From: Desulfosudaceae bacterium
GTDB taxonomy: Bacteria > Desulfobacterota > Desulfobacteria > Desulfobacterales > Desulfosudaceae
Assembly (NCBI GenBank): GCA_963674745.2
Contig: CAXXDV010000001.1
Location: forward strand, 2,400,001-2,464,000
Direction: 5' to 3'
DNA: 64,000 bases
The translations under genes were made by a program, and so were the position numbers. The notes beneath the pieces were generated by a model, which saw only the letters and a program-made list of their open reading frames with translations, did not search any database and was not told the DNA's origin. Positions 60,033 to 64,000 of this stretch are shown in pieces (within the stretch, counting starts at the first letter, position 1; each line of letters starts with the position of its first letter).

Positions 60033-60075
60033 CCGCCAGTCGATCAGGCCTCCCGCCGATAAACAGTTTCCCTGA
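60025..60075 (+). pseudogene. 5' stub of the deleted hybrid kinase
   Basis: MDDRQSI against (M)DDSQTM of 35316, same overlap with the upstream stop, then an early TGA. Confidence 0.45.
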
Positions 60076-60082
60076 TGCCCTA

Positions 60083-60114
60083 TCCGTTTCCGCAACAATT
60101 GATGCGGAAACGGA
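60083..60114. terminator. Hairpin between convergent genes
   Basis: TCCGTTTCCGCA-N8-TGCGGAAACGGA. Confidence 0.65.
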
Positions 60115-60128
60115 AACCGGTCCGTTCT

Positions 60129-60512
60129 TTATGAAATAAGACTTTTCACGCTTTCGCAGATATCTTCTGCGGAAGCCGGTTTGGGCAGATAGTCATCCGC
60201 TTGAGTGGACATGCCGTCAAAATGCGAATAGCGGGTTGAGCTGACATGGTCGGCCACGGCTGTCAGCAGAACAATCGGAATGTCCGAATATCTTTCGTCC
60301 TTTTTTAATTCCGCACAGGTTTCATAACCGTCTTTCTCGGGCATCATAACGTCCAGGACGATTGCGTCCGGGGGATTGGCTTGAACTTTTTCGATGGCTT
60401 CAACGCCGTTGTAGGCCGTCTCCACCTGAAATCCCGTATCTTCTAAATATTTTTTTATCATCATGACCAGATCCGGTTCGTCGTCAACGACGAGAATCCT
60501 TTTTTCAGACAT
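60129..60512 (-). CDS. Single-domain response regulator (copy 2)
   Basis: 12 differences in 127 aa from 36878-37264 by manual comparison. Confidence 0.92.
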   Translation of the reverse strand: MSEKRILVVDDEPDLVMMIKKYLEDTGFQVETAYNGVEAIEKVQANPPDAIVLDVMMPEKDGYETCAELKKDERYSDIPIVLLTAVADHVSSTRYSHFDGMSTQADDYLPKPASAEDICESVKSLIS

Positions 60513-60588
60513 GTGTGTTTAATCCTTATTTTTTAAAATGGTTTCTTTTATATTCTCAGGTGATCAGCGTCGAGATATAAAAAACAAA

Positions 60589-61518
60589 TCATACTTCCGG
60601 CCGCGGGAAAAGCCCCGCGCTTTTGACAATTTCAGGGACTTTTTCCTCCCATTCAATGGCCATGATATGAAATCCCCGCACACCCTCGACTTCTTTCAAC
60701 CGCTGGATGGATTCGATGCAGATTTTAATGCCTTCTTCCGCCTGTTTCTCTTTTGGCGTGTCCGACAGGCGTTTAACAATTTCATCGGGGACATCCATGC
60801 CGGGAACGCGGTTTTTCATGAATTTTGCCATGCCGGCTGATTTCATCGGTGTTATACCGGCCATGATATATACTTTTTCATGCAGGCCGCGGTCTCTGAC
60901 ACCCTTCATCCATTCTTCGAATTTATCCAGGTTATAAATGCACTGGGTCTGGATAAACTCGGCGCCGGCTGCGATTTTTTTCGCAAGCCTGGGGACGCGG
61001 ATTTCGAAAGGATCCGCAAACGGGTTGGCTGCGGCGCCGACAAACATGGCCGGCGGTCGGGATATCTCGTCTCCGCCCAGAAATTTGCCTTCATCCCTCA
61101 TCCAGCGGACCGTCTTCACCAGTTGCATGGAATCAAGATCATGGACATTCTGGCCTTTGGGGCTGTCTCCAAAACTTTGATGATCACCCGACAGGCAGAG
61201 GATATTATTAATATCATATGACGCCGCGCCCAGAATGTCACTTTGTATGGCAATCCGGTTTCGGTCCCGGGTCACCATCTGGAGGACCGGCTCCAGTCCC
61301 ATCTGCTTCAGCCGGATAGAGGCTGCCAGGCTGGACATACGGGCAACCGATGTCTGGTTATCCGTGACGTTCACCGCATCCACGCAACCTCTCAGCAGTT
61401 CCCCTTTTTTGATGATGACCTCCGGGTCACTTCCCCTGGGCGGACCGCATTCGGATGTCACGCCGATATGTCCCGCTGCCATAACCTTCTCAAGTCTGCT
61501 TGGTGTTTTTGCGCTCAT
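60589..61518 (-). CDS. metF: Methylenetetrahydrofolate reductase MetF
   Basis: ECGPP, NVTDNQ, RDRNR, LSGDH, KKIAAGAEFIQTQ; ATG 61518 overlaps the metV stop. Confidence 0.93.
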   Translation of the reverse strand: MSAKTPSRLEKVMAAGHIGVTSECGPPRGSDPEVIIKKGELLRGCVDAVNVTDNQTSVARMSSLAASIRLKQMGLEPVLQMVTRDRNRIAIQSDILGAASYDINNILCLSGDHQSFGDSPKGQNVHDLDSMQLVKTVRWMRDEGKFLGGDEISRPPAMFVGAAANPFADPFEIRVPRLAKKIAAGAEFIQTQCIYNLDKFEEWMKGVRDRGLHEKVYIMAGITPMKSAGMAKFMKNRVPGMDVPDEIVKRLSDTPKEKQAEEGIKICIESIQRLKEVEGVRGFHIMAIEWEEKVPEIVKSAGLFPRPEV

Positions 61519-62183
61519 TCCTGTAAATCCTCTCTGATTATTTTTCTGGGGCCACCGGCTCTGTCGGTGGACCAATCTTTTATATCAAACAGCTTTTCGT
61601 AATCATCCAGTCTGTCCATGGCTTTCAGGCGGTCGATAATCAGTTGCCAGGCGCAGTCCGTGTCCTTGCTTATTTCGCATTTCCCTTTTGTTGAGCCGCC
61701 ACAGGGGCCGTTCAGCACACGCTTGGCGCATCGGGACACCGGGCAGATCCCGCCGGTTAAAGCCAGAACGCATTGACCGCAGGCCTGGCAGCGTTCTCCC
61801 CAGATGCCTCTTTGCTCGGTGGCACCCAGAAAACAGGTGTTGACGCCGGGAAAAACCGGCATCGCCTGGTATTTTTCGGCGGTAAACTGAATGCCGACGC
61901 CGCAGGCCAGTGACAGGATGGCGTCGTAGCTGTCCACATTGTCCCGGATTTCTTCCAGGTACTCATGGTCGCATTGACGCTCCAGGGTTTTTTCGTCAAT
62001 GGTGATCTGTTTGCCTTCTTTCTGAAAATACATGCGCAAGGTTGAGGCCAGTATCTCCACTTCCTTTTTCCCGCCGGCTTCACACACCGTTACGCATTCA
62101 TTACATCCCAGAACAAGGAGGCGTGAATAGTCCTTGACGTAGTCAATGATTTCTTCAATCGGTTTCTTTTCTGCTACTATCAT
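61515..62183 (-). CDS. metV: MetV Fe-S subunit of MTHFR
   Basis: GCNECVTVC, RQCD, CQACGQC, GICPVSRCAK..LNGPCGG..KCE..CAW. Confidence 0.9.
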   Translation of the reverse strand: MIVAEKKPIEEIIDYVKDYSRLLVLGCNECVTVCEAGGKKEVEILASTLRMYFQKEGKQITIDEKTLERQCDHEYLEEIRDNVDSYDAILSLACGVGIQFTAEKYQAMPVFPGVNTCFLGATEQRGIWGERCQACGQCVLALTGGICPVSRCAKRVLNGPCGGSTKGKCEISKDTDCAWQLIIDRLKAMDRLDDYEKLFDIKDWSTDRAGGPRKIIREDLQE

Positions 62184-62225
62184 CTTTTATTCCTTGCTGT
62201 TTGCGATCAATGGTTATCCGCCGTC

Positions 62226-62666
62226 TTACGCGGCTTTCCCTTTAGCGGCTTTATGCCTGTTTACGGGACTGGGACCCAGCCCCATAATTTTTTCATACAT
62301 TTCCTGGGCATATTGGACGAAAAGGGGTGCTTCACCCGAAGATAGGTTATACATCTGCGCCCTTTCACCTTCGATACCGATGGATTCCAGGATATTCTGG
62401 GCCTGCCTGACACGCCGTTTGGCTTTCAGGTTGCCCTGAATATAGTGGCAATCGCCTTCCATGCACCCCACCAGGTAAACACCGTCGGCGCCTTTCTCAA
62501 AAGCCCTCAGAATATGGATGACATCCACCTTACCGGTGCAGGGGACACGAATAATCTTAATGTTGGTCGGGTATTGCAGTCGCATCGAACCTGCCAGGTC
62601 CGCGGCGGAATACCCTCAGTAATTGCAGCAGAATGCGATAATTACGGGTTCAAAAGGGTTTGTCAT
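62226..62666 (-). CDS. mvhD: MvhD/FlpD [2Fe-2S] protein containing selenocysteine (UGA at codon 17)
   Basis: MTNPFEPVIIAFCCNY(TGA)GYSAADLAGSMRLQYP..VPCTGKV..GC..GDCHY; ATG overlaps the hdrA stop; hairpin follows the TGA. Confidence 0.9.
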
Positions 62667-64000
62667 AAGCCTGTCTCCTCCAGCAGCGCGTCTATTTTAC
62701 TGATTATCTGGGCGTCTTCATACCAGTTCAGATGAATCGCCTTGGCAGGGCATTCCGAGGCGCACACACCGCAACCCTGGCATGAGGCCGGGTCAATCTC
62801 GCTGACGCCTTCTTCGTTTATCCTGGGGACATTGTAAGGGCAGTTCCGGACACAGATAAGACAGGATGCACAATTTTCCTGATCTACCTGGGCGATAACC
62901 GCCGACAAGGTCAGGTTGTTTTTTGATAACAGGGTCGTGGCCCTTGATGCCGCGGCCAGGGCCTGAGATACGGCTTCCGGGATAAGCCGGGGACTGTGGG
63001 CTGTACCACAGACATAGATACCTTCCGTGGCCATTTCCACCGGGCGCAGTTTCACGTGCGCTTCGATCATGTAGCCTTCCCGGTTCCGGCCGAGTTTCAT
63101 AATGGTCCCCAGCTCTTCGGTGTCCCGCGGCCGCATGCCGGCGCTCAAAGCCAGAAGATCGGGTGAAACGCTCAGGCGTCTGCCCAGGACATGGTCCCGA
63201 AAGGTTACCGAAAGGCCGTCCCCTTCTTTTTCAACCAGGGGCGGGTCGTCGGTGGTATACCGGAAGAATATGACGCCTTTTTTGCGGGCTTCGGTGAAGT
63301 AGTCTTCCAGAAAACCATAGGTTCGCATGTCACGATAAAGGACATACACGTCGGCGTCAGGCTTTAACTTTTTAATGGTCAGCGCGTTTTTTACCGCTGC
63401 CTGGCAACAGTATCGGGAACAGCTGGGGTGCTCGTCATTTCTTGATCCGACACATTGGATCATGACGACCTGTTCCAGGTCGTCGGCACCGTTTTCAGCA
63501 AGTCGCTGCGCCAGTTCCGTCTGGGTAACAACCGCCTCGCTTTCTCCATAAAGGTATTCCGTCGGTTCATATTCAGCCGCACCGGTGGCCAGAATGACAA
63601 CGCCGTGTTTTATTTTACGTTCATACATGGCCGGACCGATCAGCACTTCGGTCTCAAAATTTCCTTTAAACCCGGTAAAACCGACGATCAGCGAATTGGT
63701 CAACACCTGTATCCTGGGATGGTTGGTTACCTTTTCGATCAGTCCATTGAGATAAGCCCCGATATCCGCGCCCTCGATCGTTTTGACCAGATTTACGGCC
63801 ATGCCGCCAAGCTGTGCTTCCTGTTCCACCAGGAAGGTCTCAAACCCCTGATCAGCCAGTCCCAGTGCCGCGGTCATGCCCGAGATGCCGCCGCCGACCA
63901 CCAGACCGCTGTTGGTAACGGGAATCATTTTGTCGTGCAATGGATAGAGCGTACCGGCCCTGGCGACAGCCATACGGACCAGGTCAATGGCTTTTTTGGT
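62663..64000 (-). CDS. hdrA: HdrA-family heterodisulfide reductase flavoprotein (3' part; continues beyond window)
   Basis: KAIDLVRMAVA, GGGISG, IQCVGSR..CSRYCC, YRDMRTYG, EAHVKLRP, two ferredoxin motifs. Confidence 0.92.
   Translation of the reverse strand, partial: TKKAIDLVRMAVARAGTLYPLHDKMIPVTNSGLVVGGGISGMTAALGLADQGFETFLVEQEAQLGGMAVNLVKTIEGADIGAYLNGLIEKVTNHPRIQVLTNSLIVGFTGFKGNFETEVLIGPAMYERKIKHGVVILATGAAEYEPTEYLYGESEAVVTQTELAQRLAENGADDLEQVVMIQCVGSRNDEHPSCSRYCCQAAVKNALTIKKLKPDADVYVLYRDMRTYGFLEDYFTEARKKGVIFFRYTTDDPPLVEKEGDGLSVTFRDHVLGRRLSVSPDLLALSAGMRPRDTEELGTIMKLGRNREGYMIEAHVKLRPVEMATEGIYVCGTAHSPRLIPEAVSQALAAASRATTLLSKNNLTLSAVIAQVDQENCASCLICVRNCPYNVPRINEEGVSEIDPASCQGCGVCASECPAKAIHLNWYEDAQIISKIDALLEETGL

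Noticed and set aside
62616..62618. mvhD as a nonsense pseudogene
   Set aside because: The TGA aligns with a conserved Cys position, is followed by a SECIS-like hairpin, and the rest of the gene is intact.

Overview
Mostly core chromosomal DNA of a sulfate-reducing deltaproteobacterium. The gene content suggests Desulfobacterales, which is an inference. It carries moaC-tatB-tatC, a tetraheme cytochrome c3, dsrAB-dsrD-dsrN preceded by TPR and YcaO genes, dapA, ilvE, a heptaheme cytochrome plus rnfCDGEAB operon, carD, hppA, pth-rplY-prs-tRNA-Gln-ispE, degP, serA, ssb, a core (MesB-like) methionine synthase, two MoxR/VWA pairs, nfnAB with a divergent sigma-54 activator, and the 3' end of an hdrA-mvhD-metV-metF operon. 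Main observations: (1) The Rnf complex looks rewired. RnfC lacks the NADH/FMN motifs, RnfD lacks the FMN-accepting Thr, RnfB is fused to an NfnB/GltD-type flavoprotein, and a 7-heme cytochrome leads the operon. (2) A second, divergent dsrD-like gene with its own palindromic operator sits in an AT-rich cassette bounded by structured inverted repeats. (3) A stand-alone YcaO and a TPR gene lie directly upstream of dsrAB on the same strand. (4) mvhD has an in-frame TGA read as selenocysteine, which the ORF track missed. (5) A duplicated kinase/regulator/metF segment shows reciprocal gene loss. (6) A RluA/RluD gene carries a 1-nt frameshift. (7) There are several small palindromic or octamer repeat families. 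No CRISPR array, rRNA, transposase or phage gene was seen. All calls come from manual motif reading; no database search was run.
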